Source: Amphiscolops sp. MND2022
Taxonomy: Eukaryota
Assembly (NCBI GenBank): GCA_964187785.1
Contig: OZ076409.1
Span: forward strand, 75,952,001 to 76,016,000
DNA: 64,000 nucleotides
Reading direction: 5' to 3'
The translations under genes and the position numbers were made by a program. The notes under the pieces were generated by a model. The model had not been told where the DNA came from. It made no database searches and worked only from the letters and a program-made list of their open reading frames with translations. Of the stretch, positions 20,017-34,059 are shown piece by piece. The stretch's first letter is position 1; every line of letters starts with the position of its first letter.

Positions 20017-21280
20017 GTGCCGGGATTTCTATTCGTTCAGGGAAGATGCGCGCTGTTGGGGAGGGTCCCGGGCGCGCTCAGGTGTTTTGGGTCTTTCAAC
20101 TTTCCAGAACGGGTCTGCTGGGAACGATCTCGAAAACTATCCATACGATTTGACTGAAATTTTGCATGTGGCTCCCAATGGACATTGTAAGAACAAATCC
20201 CTACTGGCGTTTTGCTGGGAAAAATCGAAATGTTGGTCAAAAATGCAATTTTCCGACAAAATTTTTGACTTTTTTTTCTTTGACAGTCTATATCTCGCCA
20301 CAGGGTTACGCTAGCTACCCTAAACCCTGCTAATTATAATTTGCAAACTGTCTCAGGAATGCGGTGTGAAATTTTCAGGTCGATCGGACTAAAACTCAGC
20401 GACTTAGAGCGTTTTTTTAGGTGCATTTTTTGACATTTTTTGCGTTTGCTGATTTATCTCTGCCGTTTTTTGCCAAAATTTTTTCTGAGACACTCTCCTA
20501 AAGACCTCCCCTGGCCGGTTTACTTCCCAGCAAAACCATTTGGCCCTAAATACGAAGTTTCAGCGTTCTAGCATTCCCGGGCGAAAAGTTGTGGGACTTA
20601 GAAAAATTTTTTGAAAACGCAAAATGTGTAAAGTCAGCTTCAGGCCTCCCAAAGTCAAGGAACTTCCACACAACTAGTATTGCAAGTGAATGCATGTGGA
20701 AAGTACTCCAATAGACGAGGAAAATGGGCTATAGAACGTCTCTGTATCTTAACTTGACGTTGACTTATGGTGTTTTGAGTGTGAGCCTGCTATATGGTAA
20801 AATATTCAAAAGATGAAAATCGAAGTTTGTCTCATCCAAAACTCATCGGAATACGTTCAATGCATCCCGAAGCGAATCAATTCCAGGTGTCTAGTGCAGC
20901 AACACCATTCAAGACCATTTGACCCATTTTTATAAGTTTTGACACCGTATTATTCATCCGAGAGCACGAAACAGTTGAGTACATTCCATCTCCCTCTCAG
21001 GGGAGATGAGAATGTACTCGCTAAAGTCCAGGTACTACAACCCATATTTGTTTTTTGCGACGCTCTCATGCTAGTGCGCATACTTATTAATCTTTTAACT
21101 GATTTTTTTTGTCGGCACTTTGACTTTGACCTGACATATAGTGAATATTTTGTCCTTTTAATATACACATGACTAACATCAACGCCCCATCCTTGCATCA
21201 ACGCCCCCCGTCCGTGGGCATGCCGAGGCATGCCCTTCGACGACGTATACCAAGATATACTCCCGAGCGCGTTAGCCTAG
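20017..21280 (+). mobile_element. Non-autonomous unit 8 (A-like head; 5' part resembles autonomous element 1), 1264 bp
   Basis: Bounded by junctions. Shares long matches with 6693-7470. Confidence 0.8.
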
Positions 21281-22552
21281 GTGCCGGGATTTCCATTCGA
21301 TAAGGAATTCTGCGCGTGTGGGTAGGGCCCCTGGCGCGCTCCTGTGTTTTCGGTTTTCCTACTCCTAAATAGACCCCCTAAATTCCGGGATCTCCTAAAC
21401 TATCCATACGATTTGGCTGAAATTTGGCACACGTACCCCCCTTGGCACGGTGAAGATGATTTCCTACTGACGTTTTTCCCGCTAAACATTTTTTGTTGAC
21501 CAAAATAACGGTTTTTGGGGTAAAATTTTCAACTTTTTTTAAATTTCATCTTATATCTCGCCACGGGTACACGCTAGCGCTTCCAAACCTTGCTGACGAA
21601 AGTTTGCAAACTGTCTCGGGAATGCTGTGTGAAATTTTCAGCTCAATCGGACTCAAACTCGAGGAGATATAGCGTTTTTCCGGAGCGGGGGGGTTTCATT
21701 TTTCTAACGGTCCAGCTTATCTTTGCCATTTTTTCGAAAATGCACTCGCCTAAAGGCCTCCCCTGGCCGGTTTTATTCCCAGCAAAACCATTTGGCCCTA
21801 AATACGGAGTTTCAGCGTTCCAGCATTCCCGGGCGAAAAGTTGTGGGACTTAGAAAAGTTCAAAAATTTTCAAAAAAATTTTTTTCCGTTATTTGGGCCC
21901 TCAAAGTGGGGGAAAAGACCCCCCAACCAGTAAAGCAAGTGAATGCATGTGGAAAGCCCTTGTTTAGACGAGAAAAATGCCGTTTAGAACGTCTTTTTAT
22001 CTTAACTTGACATTGACTTTTGTTGTTTTGAAGGTGACCGTTAGATACGGAAAATTGATGTTTTGAGTATTTATCCCATCTGAAAGCCATTGAGATACAA
22101 CATGTTTTGCTCAAAACGTGTTTCATTGCAGGTTCGCTGTCCATTATCACCCTTTGGTGTCTTTTCACGTAATTTTCGTTTCTATAATAACAATTTTTTG
22201 TGTATTTATTCATTTTTTTCTCATCAAATAACTTGAAACAGTTGAGTACATTCCATCTCCCTTCCCGGGGGAGATGAGAATGTACTCGCTAAAGGTCAGG
22301 AACTACGGTCTATATCTTCCACAACACAAAAGGGATTGCAAATGGTTTCAGTTTGTCGCAGAAAACTTCTTTTTGCCCTCTGTGACTCGACAAAATGAAC
22401 GTTTCTTACTTACTTTGAAACTCAGCATACCACAACTCATCTCTAACGTCAGCGCCCCCCTACTTGCATCAACGCCCACTGTCCGTGGGCATGCCGAGGC
22501 ATGCCCTTCGACGACGTATACCAAGATATACCTGGAGCGCGGTAGCCGCTAG
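21281..22552 (+). mobile_element. Non-autonomous unit 9, family A, 1272 bp
   Basis: Bounded by junctions. Very similar to unit 7 except in the 3' ~250 bp. Confidence 0.8.
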
Positions 22553-23826
22553 GTGGCCGGAAATTTTTTTTTTCATCAAAATCTTTGCCATTGGGGGAGG
22601 GGCCCCGGATGGCCAGTAGTACGGGATAGCTTCCTACCAAATCCAGGCGGAAAAAACGTGATTTTGGAAACTAGCCGTCAGAATTTGCTCAAAATTTGCA
22701 TACGGCTTCCTATAACAATCCTAAGAACTAATCCCTACTGGCATTTTGCCCGAAAAACGCAAAAAGTTGGTCAAAATCTTAGTTTTTTGGTCAAAAAATG
22801 GCGTTTTTTCGAAAAAAAAATTTTTCAGAGACAATTACTCGTAACTGGTTCACCCAGCGCAAAAACGCCTAGCTGATTTATTGTTGGGCACTTCATGAGG
22901 AGTGCGTATACAAATTTTCGTCCAAATCGGATAAAAGTTGATTGAGAAATAACCGAAAATTTGAGGCATTTTTTTGGAAATTTTCGAAATCCCAGTCTAT
23001 CTCTGCCGTTTTTTGTTCAGATTTTTTTCCAGACACTTTCCTAAAGACCTCCCCTGGCCGGTTTACCTCCCAGCAAAACCATTTGGCCCTAAATACGGAG
23101 TTTCAGCATTCCAGCAAACCCCGGGTAAAAGATAAATGACTTAGAATTTTTTCGAAAAATTTTCAAAATTTTTTTTTTTTCAAATTCAGGCCTCCCAAAG
23201 TCAAGAAACTTCCACACAACTAGGATTGCAAGTGATAGCATGTGGAAAGTGCTTGAATAGACAAGGAAAATGGGCTATAGAACGACTCTGTAGCTTAACT
23301 TGACGTTGACTCATGACATTTTGAGTGTGAGCTTCGTATGTGCTGAAAAAATCAAAAAAACCTAAAAGTCTTTTAAAAGTAATCAGAATACGTCCAATCA
23401 ACCCCAGAGCTGTTAAATTGCTGTTGTGCAGTGGAGCAACACCATTTAGAGTGTTTTGACCCATTTTGATAAGTTTTGATACCGTCTTGTTCATCCGATA
23501 GCACAAAACAGTTGAGTACATTCCATCTCCCTCCTTGTGGGGGAGATGAGAATGTACTCGCTAAAAGTCAGGCACTATAGCGCCCATTTTGTTTTATTCG
23601 ACGCTAGTGATGCTATTGCACACGAATACAATAGTTTTGTCAAATCATGTTTGACATGATGAATCTTACTATACCTTTAGTTTACGTTAACCTACTACTA
23701 CAACATCGCATCCGTAACGTCAACGCCACATACTCGCGTCAACGCCCACCGTCCGTGGGCATGCCGAGGCATGCCCTTCGACGACGTATGCCAAATAGCG
23801 CCACAAGGCGCAAACTTGTCCGCTAG
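22553..23826 (+). mobile_element. Non-autonomous unit 10, family E (head GTGGCCGG..TTTTTT), 1274 bp
   Basis: Bounded by junctions. Carries the shared core boxes. Confidence 0.78.
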
Positions 23827-25098
23827 GTGGCCGCGTCTTTTGTCGAACTTTAACCATGGAGGCGCGGGTAGGGTCCTGCGCCGACTTAGTGCCTTTACTA
23901 TGATACAAAAATAGGTACCTGAGTAAACGATCTCGAAGATGAGCCGTCAGAAATTCCTGAAAATTTGCATGTGGCCCCCAATTGGCGAGCATATGAAAAG
24001 TGTAGGAGGTCATTTTTCCCAAATTCCACTGTGAGACGAGATAAACGCGAAAAATGAGGTAAAAAATGGACCCATTTTTGATAAATTTTGCAATATCTCG
24101 TTCCAGAGGCATCGGAGGTACCGTATACCTGACGTGGAAAATGCTCGGCATGTGAAGGGGGTTACGTGGACAAATTTTCGTCCAAATCGGATAAAAATTG
24201 ACAGAGTAATAACAAATTTTTTTGTGCATTTTGGCGACTTTTTCAGAAAACCCAGTTTATCTCTGCCGTTTTTTGCCCAAAATTTTTTCGAGACCCTCTC
24301 CTAAAGACCTCCCCTGGCCGGGTTACATCCCAAAAAAACCATTTGGCCCTAAATACGAAGTTTCAGCGTTCCAGCATTATCGGGCGAAATTTTATATGAC
24401 TTAGAAAATTTTCAAAAATTTTCAAAACTTTTCTAAAAAAGTTCAGGCCGCCCAAAGTGAAGAAACTTCCACACAACTAGTATTGTAAGTGAATGCATGT
24501 GGAAAGCCCTGCACTTGACGAGAAAAATGCCATTTAGAACGTCTTTTTATCTTAACTTGATGTTGACTTATGATCTTTTGAGTAGCGTATAACACGTGAT
24601 CACAGTAGTGAAAATCCTAATTTTCAATAATTTTCAAACAATAACGCATGAAAAGAACCTGGAAAAGGTTCCGATGGGTCAGTTGGGATGTCGGAAGCAT
24701 GTGTACATTCCCGTAGTGTATAGCGGATGTATTTGGGACTTATTAGAAATTGTGATATATTTTATACAAGTCTTTGTTTCTCTTAGAATCTTATGCAGTT
24801 GAGTACATTCCATCTCCCTCTCAGGGGAGATGTGAATGTACGTTTGCCAAATGCCTTGTAAAGCTGACAATTTTGATGGTTTAAAATGATTAAACAAGTG
24901 TGACTAGCGTTTGCCGAATCATTGCTGCAAAAAATCTTGAAACTTTAGTGAGATTGAATGCTTTTTGTCTCTAGTGTTTTTTCTTGTGTAGCCGACTTCC
25001 ACATCCAAATATCAACGCCCACCGTCCGTGGGCATGCCGAGGCATGCCCTTCGACGACGTATGCCAAATACCATATGCCACGCTGTCATTCTCGCTAG
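23827..25098 (+). mobile_element. Non-autonomous unit 11, family D, 1272 bp
   Basis: Bounded by junctions. Similar to unit 5. Confidence 0.8.
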
Positions 25099-26227
25099 GT
25101 GGCCGTGTCTTTTCGACGTGCTTTTGCATTGAGGAGTGGGTAGGGCCCCGCGACGACCTAGAAGAATTGGATGCTCACCGAAACGTGCAGAATTCTACGA
25201 GATCTCATAGTTTGAGCCATACGATTTTTCTGAAATTTGGCATGTGGCCTGGAATTGGTGAGTAGGTAAAACGTGTAGGAGGTGATTTTTCCCAAATTCC
25301 ACTGTGAGAGGAGATATGGGCAAATAACGGACCCAAAAATGGCAAAAATGCACTTTTTTCAACTTTGTCAGCCAATATCTCTTTTCCAGGTGTCCGTAGC
25401 GTTCCGCACGTGGACATCAATATTGCTCCGCGCTGTTGGAGGAGTGCGTGGACAAATTTTGGTTTAAATCGGACTTAAACTTGACGAGAAATTAACGGTT
25501 TTTTGGGCGTTTCCGGGGTAAATTTTTTAACGGTCCAGCTTATCTTTGCCATTTTTTCGAAAATGTACATGCCTAAAGGCCTCCCCCTGGCCGAATTTAC
25601 TCCCAGCAAACCCATTTGGCCCTAAATACGGAGTTTCAGCGTTCCAGCATTCCGGGGCGGAAAGTTGTGGGACTTGGAAAAATTTCAAAATTTTTTCAAA
25701 AATTTTTTTTCCCGTTTTCCGGGCCCCCAATGAAGGGGAACGACCCCCCAACCAGTATTTTGAGTGAATTCATGTGGAACGCCCATGTTTGGAGGAGAAA
25801 AATGTCGTTTAGAACGTCTTTTTATAGTAACTTGACATTAAAATTTTTTATTTGAGGCGGCACGTAAGGGATGACTGGGACGAAGTCTCAAATTTTATTT
25901 TAAAAGTATATGAGAAATATAGCGAGACAAACTCAAACAAGAAAAAAATGTGTAATTTTTGATTCGAGGGTTAGAGGAGACAGTTTGAAGCATCCTCTGG
26001 AAAAAAATCTTATCCTTTGATGACTTACTTTTTTGTTTCGCTTAGAATATCGAAAATTGGTTACTCGTTTCGCAGCAATTATGAAACCGTAACTCCATTT
26101 CGAGTAACAGAACAGAATACAGAACCCAGGGATAAAATTAGGTCGTTTTCCACGGCCAGTTTCCATGGGTGGTTTAAATGTTTTCCAAACATCTTTGTGG
26201 TAATTGGGGTTATTGGTTTTTTGAAAT

Positions 26228-26330
26228 CCGGCTCATCAGGAGTTAGCTTGCGGCGTTATGCTGAAGGCCCTCCTGATGAAGCTATGTCCCCCCTTTTTTC
26301 CGTGGGTAACCTATGCCCAAATTTTTTCCA
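26228..26330. ncRNA. Candidate structured RNA/ssDNA module, copy 2
   Basis: Stem TCATCAGGAG/CTCCTGATGA, compensatory relative to copy 1. Confidence 0.5.
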
Positions 26331-26964
26331 GGCAATTTTTTCCAGCATTTTGCTAATTTTTAGTGTCTTCTCAAAATTTTTTTTGATTCAATTTTTGAAT
26401 TGTTTTATCAGGTAGAATGTGATTTTATAGTCTAAAATTTTTCAATATGTTATTAAATGTGATGATTATGTTTATAAATTCAACGAATAAAAAAGTTCTG
26501 TTGTGCTGAACGAATGAAAACGAATCTATTGTGCTAAATATTTGGTGTAAGCTTGTTTTATACTGAAAGTTAAGTTGTTGAAATTCTACTCAAAAACTTG
26601 CATTTAAAATGATACAGCCAACCCTATCAAACCTGATTTTTTCTTCAAAGTTATCGGTTACTGGAGCATCCTTGATTATAAACTGGGATTGTTTGATGTA
26701 TTGCAAGACAATGTTTTAATGGGAAAAAAGTTTGAATGAAAAATCGATTTTTGTTAAGGTAGGAACTGGGGTTAAAATTTTTTTCGAAAAAAAAACGTCA
26801 AAATTTGGATTGAGCCATAATGTGGCAGTCCTTCATGTAGACTATTTGGTCACATATTTTACCTTCTATTTTCCCCAATTTTTCGCCATATATACGGTTT
26901 CTGTAGCATTCAGTTTGAAGAAAAGTTTTGTGATTGTGGTATATGTTTTATGGGATTAAAATTA

Positions 26965-27065
26965 CGGCTCATCAAGAGTTAGCTTGCGGCGTTATGCTGA
27001 AGGCCCTCTTGATGATGCTATGTCCCCCCTTTTTTCAGTGGGTAACCTATGCCCAAAATTTTACC
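26965..27065. ncRNA. Candidate structured RNA/ssDNA module, copy 3
   Basis: Stem TCATCAAGAG/CTCTTGATGA, compensatory relative to copies 1 and 2. Confidence 0.5.
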
Positions 27066-27710
27066 AAGCAAATTTTTCCAGTATTTTTGAATTTTTATAT
27101 TTAAGTATATTTAAAACTTCGATGAAGAAATCATATTTTAAAGTTCATATTGGTGTGCATAATCATAATTCATTTATTATCGATATTTTTATTGTAAATT
27201 TTAAATGTTTTACCCTGATGCCCACAAAAAGTGTCTTTCATAACAAGTTTTATGGAATGGTCGCATATCTTTTAAAGTCAATAATAATAATAGTTAATTG
27301 TTTAGAGAAAAATGGATTTTGACAGATGTATGTATATTTTATACTGAGAGTCAAGAAGGATTAAAGATTATGTTTATTACCTTTTGTTTCCGCGGATACA
27401 ATAAATTTTGGGTAGTTTCTTGCGGAATACTTTGCGTTCAGGTCGGTACAACTAAAATAGAATGATCGTCAATCGAAAAATCGTGGAAGCGTGAAATTCA
27501 ATTTTCAAAAAAATTAATTTAATTGAATAGTCGTATTTAAAAATTTAATAGTCGTAATTTTGCGCACAGTATTTTGGTATGTTCCACAAAAGTTTTGGAC
27601 CTCGTGAATTTGTTTTTACGTTTCGCAAAAAATAGCGTTTTTGCAGTTCAATTTCAATGTATACAATTGAGTTTGGAACGTAGTAATTCGTTTATTTATT
27701 TTCAGTGCAC

Positions 27711-28761
27711 ATGTTGAGCAAATTTCTAAAGTTGTGGTTACTGCGAAGTGGGATAGAGTGGAATCCCGGACCCAAGCGCAAAGTGAGGAAAAAATGTGCA
27801 AAGTGCCAACAATTTGTTACTTCTTCTGGTTTATGTAATACGTGTGATTACAATCCATCTTTGCAAGTTTTTGAAGGAGTGCCTCCAATTGCCCAAACCT
27901 CGTCTATGCAAGACGTTGAAGATGCACCTGGACCTGAAGTCCAAACTTCCACTACACAAGTAGAATTAGCAGAAACACATTTTGTTGACCCCTCTCAAGA
28001 AGCTGCAAGTTTGGCCTTGTATCGTCATATAAATTCTGCCTTTACGATTAATGCAGCAGGTATTCCCAATTTGCTTGAGGCTGGTTTCGTTTTTGGCTAC
28101 TTCGATTCTCCCAGACCTACCGTGTTTTCCCACACAGATAACAATTTATTGAATTACCAAATTGCAGAATTACAGAATGTTGGTGGTGACGGAGCTTGTT
28201 TGTTTAATGTGTTTTCGCTCCTACTGTTCGGCAATGAGACTGCTGCTGGCAACATCAGAAGGAAGATTTGTGACGTTATGCCAACCATTGCATTCCCACT
28301 CGGAACGTTGTTTTCAAATGGTAAAGTGTGCACGACTGTTGAAGAATACCTACAATCCAGCAGCATGCGATATCGATATGCCTACGGAGGAGATGCAGAA
28401 GTTGCTACGTTTTGCAGTTTGACAAATTTATCTGTAATAGTTTTTGTAGCAACTATTAATGCATGGGTTGTCTACAAGGATATCCAATCGGAAGAATCAC
28501 ATGAAACAGGTCCACATGTTTTCTTGTATCTCGAAGGAAACCATTTTCAGCTTGTGAAAATGATGAATTTCATTGGAAACACTGCCGTAATTGATGTCAA
28601 CGTTCCCACAACCATAAATGTACCAGAGACGATAATATCTTCACCTTCGCGGTCTTGTTTTTTGACTGCTATCCCCAACACTTTTAGCTGTCCAACTTCA
28701 ATCGCCCCTGTCATTCAAAATGAACCAACCAAGCAGTCGCCGGTTTTCAACGCTACTCAAG
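27711..28761 (+). CDS. Element 2 Rep-helicase exon 1: 2A-like motif, Zn knuckle, OTU cysteine protease domain
   Basis: LLRSGIEWNPGP, CAKC..CNTC, and OTU motifs GDGACLF, YGGDAE, GNHF. Acceptor TTTTCAG at 27705 precedes ATG 27711. Donor G|GTAATG at 28762. Confidence 0.85.
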
Positions 28762-28984
28762 GTAATGAATTGTTACAAATTAAACAAAACGTTTTTGTAA
28801 AGATAATTCAAAACAATACCTATTTCGTATATGGAAAAAAATTAGGCATGAAATGATCGTTTGGGAGTAGCAAATTTACACACAATTTGAATTTATAAGA
28901 ATTTAAAAAACTAGGAAGATTTTTAGCCTGAGGTTGAGAATTCAAAAAACTTACTTTGTTTCTGTTAATTAAATGTTGTTTCAG

Positions 28985-31900
28985 CTGAAGAACAATTGCC
29001 ATTTACCGATGGTGTTTGCTATCAATTCAATCAGCCTTCATTCAAAGAAGTAAAACAGTTCAAGAACTTTGATGTGGACTGTCCTTCAGCAAACCTGAAT
29101 GATTTAGATTGGAACGATATTGTCGATACAACTGAAATGTGTGCAAAATGTGCGAGAACTTCAACAACTTTCTATCCTTTGACATTTGTTACCATTGATA
29201 ATTCGTTAGTAAAGAAGAGAAAATATGGAAAACAAATAAGAAGATTCAGTCAGCGTGTTTGCCATGATTGCAACACATATTTAACATGTTCAAAGCCACA
29301 ATGGGAACACTCATGGCCAGCAGTTCTTTTTACATTTGCTTTCTCAAAAAATATTTCAAAGTACTTAGATCGAAATCAAAAGTTTTACAGCATTCTTCCT
29401 TATCAAATTCAAACGTCTTGGCTAGCTTATGCAAAAACAATTTGGCCGGAAGTGATTTTCACGCCATTGTTTCGTGATTTGACAAACAATATAAAGCATT
29501 TCCATCAGTTGATACGAACCACAAAAGCGAATGATTACATCAAGGCAATGAACTGCTACAGCTTTCCATCCATTCGTTGTTTTTGCGGCGCTTCTACCCA
29601 TCTTGATTCTTGCGGATTTGTTTCATTCAAACACCTTCTCAATTATTTGGACGAGGAATTCATTTCATTCGGAGCTAATTATAAGTCCAATCTTATGGCT
29701 ATTCGATATGATTTCTTTCAAATTTGTGATTCTCGTATTGTATTTGAATTGAGGCCTGCAGTTGTCTCTGATAGTCGAGGATTGATGCTTCTGACATGTC
29801 AACACCACAATTCCGGTTCAAAGATGCGAATGGTTCACGTACCTCGACATCCTTTAGTTGGTAACTTGTCTCATCCCCACGCTGATCGTATGGCGCCTGT
29901 AGCTTCGTCATTCAGAGAAGCAACACCGATGAAACTTGGAAACTTTTCAAATACATGGTCTTTATCAAAATCAGTACATGGTAAAGACGGTGCTGGTTCT
30001 CTTGTGTTACATTCTGAACGTAACTTGTGTGTTAAGAGTCAGTCGCTTTTGCCAGCTCTTGAATCAGTTCACCTAAACAACAGGAATGACATGGTTCACG
30101 TTGTGGGACAAATTGCTCAGGAAAACTTCCTCCCACCGACATTTGTAAAAAACCTATTTCGACAATACAAAGCTCCTGATTTACCTGCCTGTTTAGATGC
30201 TGCAACAATCATTCCCCAATCAACAACAAACAAGTTGAAAACGTTTTATGAAACTACAACTTCTGTGGAAAACAATGTTCTTAAATTCAAAAAATTGTGT
30301 GTAGTTGATTCCTGTACACAGCATACAATGATGCGACTTGTATACCCCGACGAATGCCTCATTAAACAAGATTCAAAAGTTGCAACTCTTGTTTTCTTTT
30401 TCCTGAATTGTCCCTTATTTGCAAATGTCTTCATTTCCAATAACATATCGCCTTCACTGGAGAAGTTATTTAACATTATTTTAAAAACCAAAGATCAAAG
30501 AACGAAACTAAATCTCCTGCAAAATTTACTCACGTCGTTTTACGGCGATCTGCAAATGCCAGCAAACGCAAACTTTTCAACATTTATCACATGTTTCATA
30601 CATTCCCTGAATAATCCAACTTTCGTGGTGGTTACATCGTTGGATTTGTTTCATGAAATCGATGGAAAACCTGATGTTGTGTTCATTGCCCCTTTTGAAT
30701 CAAGAACAAAAATACCAGATTCTATTACTTCACGGAAAAGTAATGATATTTATCAAGTTATGGCAGTGCATGGAGGCACTTTTGGACGTGGTGTTTTTTA
30801 CTACAGTAATCACGGCTTTTTTTGGAAAGTCAATCTGGATACAAAAAAGTTCGAATTGAGTAGTTTGCCTGAAAAAAGTCGCAGAGTTGATTTTGCCCTT
30901 CTCGTCCGATCTGACCAACAAGAATCACCTGTTTACGGATACCCTTCTGAAATAGGACATGTAGCATGTCCTGAACACAAAAAACCATTCTGCATTGAAG
31001 TTTCCAATTCAAGATTCCTCTGTTCTTACAATGTATCTTGCATATGTAAAGTTGCATGGAGATGTCCGAATATTGATTGTGGTTTCTCCTTGTGTAAAAA
31101 ACATTACCAAAACTATGAAGAAGCAAATACTTCCTTGATACAGCGTTGTAAAACAGAATTGAATTTTCATGCTCCAACGGGTTCTGTTTCTTCTGAATTT
31201 CACTTGGACACTGACGCCGGATCAACATCAGTGAGTCTTGACTTTGAGGATAATTTACAAGGTGAAGTTGTGTCTATGCATGCACTACTGAACCATTTGA
31301 CATCAGTTTTGCGACGAAATGATCCAATACAAGCAACAAAAAGCCTTAAAAGGTTTTTCCAACGTTTTCTCTGCACACATTCTTCATCATCATCTTCGCT
31401 TGTTCAGTTGGAGGCATTACTTTTCCCGTCAATATTTTATTACCAGTTACACGATGGATCTTACCCAGGAGCGATTCCTTTTTTTCTTTACGGGAACGAA
31501 AAAGATTGTTCTGAATTTGGATTTGATAGTTTGTTGTTACACTTCAGAACAAGAATAAATGATCCTACGTTACTGACTTCATCTAACGCAAAGTATTTAC
31601 AGTTCGCCGCTGACACTCTCCTGAACTTGAATTTGAGAGGAAAACACACAAAATCGTACATCCAACGCGGACTCCAGAGTATTGAGCTTGATAAGAACGT
31701 TGGTCGCTCTAAAAGCAGCTGCAACCAGTTCTCATCAGATACAGAAATGCGTGTCGACGAGCTGGGATCGGCTATGAGAACAAATCCTTTGACTTTGTTT
31801 GTTACATTATCCTGCAATCAGAAAAGTCATCCAGGTGTTGCACCTCTCAAACAAGCAATGGATTTTAATTTCAACGACGCAACACTTGAAGAACGAAAGA

Positions 31901-33976
31901 GTGCTGCACAAGCTTATATGCCTTTGTTCGTGCGAAATTGGGCAAGAGCAGTGAAATATCTAATTGACCTACTAATTCACTCGTCTGAAAAGGTTTTGGG
32001 ACAAATTTTGAAATTATGGGGCAGAGCGGAATTTCAAACTCTTGATGGAAATTTACAGCACTACCATTTTCTAATTTGGTTGGTTGAAGGTATGTTTGGA
32101 AGTTTCGAGTTTGTTCAGTGCTGTGAGAAACACATTTTACATTCGCTGCTTAAAGTAGCTGATTCATCACTGAACCTCATTGAAGATGAAAACCACCTCT
32201 ATCAACTATACGATGAATGTGTTCGTTTCAATACTCACAACTGTGAAATAAATGGTGGAAGATGCATGAAACGAAAAGATTTGGAAGGTAATAAAATATG
32301 CCGTTCGCCTCCCTTCCCTCCTTCACACTCACATTGGATTATGCCTATTGAAACTCAATATCCAAATGAAGCTCTAAAAGTTCTCGAGAAACTCGATTTA
32401 GCTGAAAGAATTCCTGGGACAAAGTTTGGACTCCGTCCTAAAGGTCAACTTAAATCGGACAAAGTAATGTATGCAGCGACGAAAGGTGAACACATTTTGC
32501 CTACATCTGTGCCATTGTTTTGTATCACTAGATCAAGTACAAATGTCCTAATTACTACGCAGCGATTTTCTTGCAGTTATTTATCTAGTTATTCAACGAA
32601 AACAGAAGAGCATGCGGATGGACGAATACTACCTGCACAAGATGGTAAAACGTTTAGCCTTAGAACAGAAGGCATACAGAACAAATTTTTGGCATCATCA
32701 AAAATTCTCAATAGACTGGAGAAAGAAAAAGAAAGGAAACGAGAAAAAATTGATTGCAGAATAGTGTCACTCACTGAAAGTGTTTTCTGGACATTGGGTC
32801 TGCCATACGTTATTACAACTATGGACTTCATTCATGTGCAAAATGTCCCACCTGAGCTGCGTAATGTTCAACAAAGAGTAGGAATGCATCACCGCTCTAC
32901 AACTTACAGCGACTTCCGGGAAAAAATTGATGGTCTCAATAATTTTCACCTATTAACAAACAACCAAAAAATCATGGCTGCAGACCTTTGCAACTCAGGA
33001 CAAACTGATGATCAAATGTCTTCTTTCAGCTTGCGACCACCCGAGCTCTTGGTCGTCAACAAACTGGAGTTGTTCTGCAGTTGGTTTGTTTATGAACCAA
33101 GTCGAATACCGTGCAAAGAACTAATATCGATTTTCAAAAATAATCATTTGAAACCTTGGATTAACGCTCGTGGACGACAGGTGAAATTGCGACCAAGCGC
33201 TCTAAACGATTTTCGTGATTTTCTATCTGCTCGAGAAACATCCGATTACACTGAGGCTGTTCAATACAACCAAACAGTTCTTGCAGCCATTGCCGCAGAT
33301 GAAGCACAGAAGAATTTTTATGTAGCAGATTCTGAAAAACTTTCAAAAACAAATGCTGAAGTAGTTTTCGCAACTGTTCACCCAAGAAGAACAATTGATT
33401 TTCTGGTGTCATTCATTCTTCGATTCGGTGAATTCGAAACTGAACTGGACATTTTCCAATGCAACGACTTACTAGAGTCATACATTCGAGGGAAGCTGGT
33501 GACCAGAGGAACATCTTATAACGAAGATACTTTAATGACTTTACTTGACATTTATGTGAAAAAAGAACTGATGTATCTACCAGGTGGCTCACTCACATTT
33601 TCACATAAACTTTTGACAGCAAAAAGGGCCTTCTCAAGTCTCTTGCACATGGATAATTCGGACTTCTGCGATACCCCCGTAGTTTTGATATCTGATATGC
33701 GAGAACGAGTCAATCGTGTTGTGGACAGCTTTTTTGATTCTCGCTTGAATAATCTTTTCACATCTTTGAAACGCCTCAGAATACCAAATTTGCCAACAGA
33801 ATACTTACCTTGGAATAACCCTAGACACTTGTGGAGACCCCAAATTACCTTCGAGCCTGACCAGTCACCCGAGTCAAAACGTGAGCAAACTCAAGTCATA
33901 AATGATTTGTTATCTGCAGTGAATGGAGTTTTGTGTACCACCACACCAACATTGAAGAACAATCATATTGTTATTG
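28985..33976 (+). CDS. Element 2 Rep-helicase exon 2: Cys-rich region and HUH-Y2 Rep domain
   Basis: LFVTLSCN, AEFQTLDGNLQHYHFLIW and YLSSY. Collinear with the element 1 protein (YSFPSIRCFCG vs YSFPEVRCPFG; YLPGGS vs YLPGAS). Phase-1 intron 28762-28984 keeps the frame. Confidence 0.9.
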
Positions 33977-34059
33977 GTAAGTTGTTCAACTTTTTTAAAA
34001 AATGTAAAAGTCGTTGAAGCCTTTTAATTGAAAAATAATATTTTATAATTTTTTAACAG

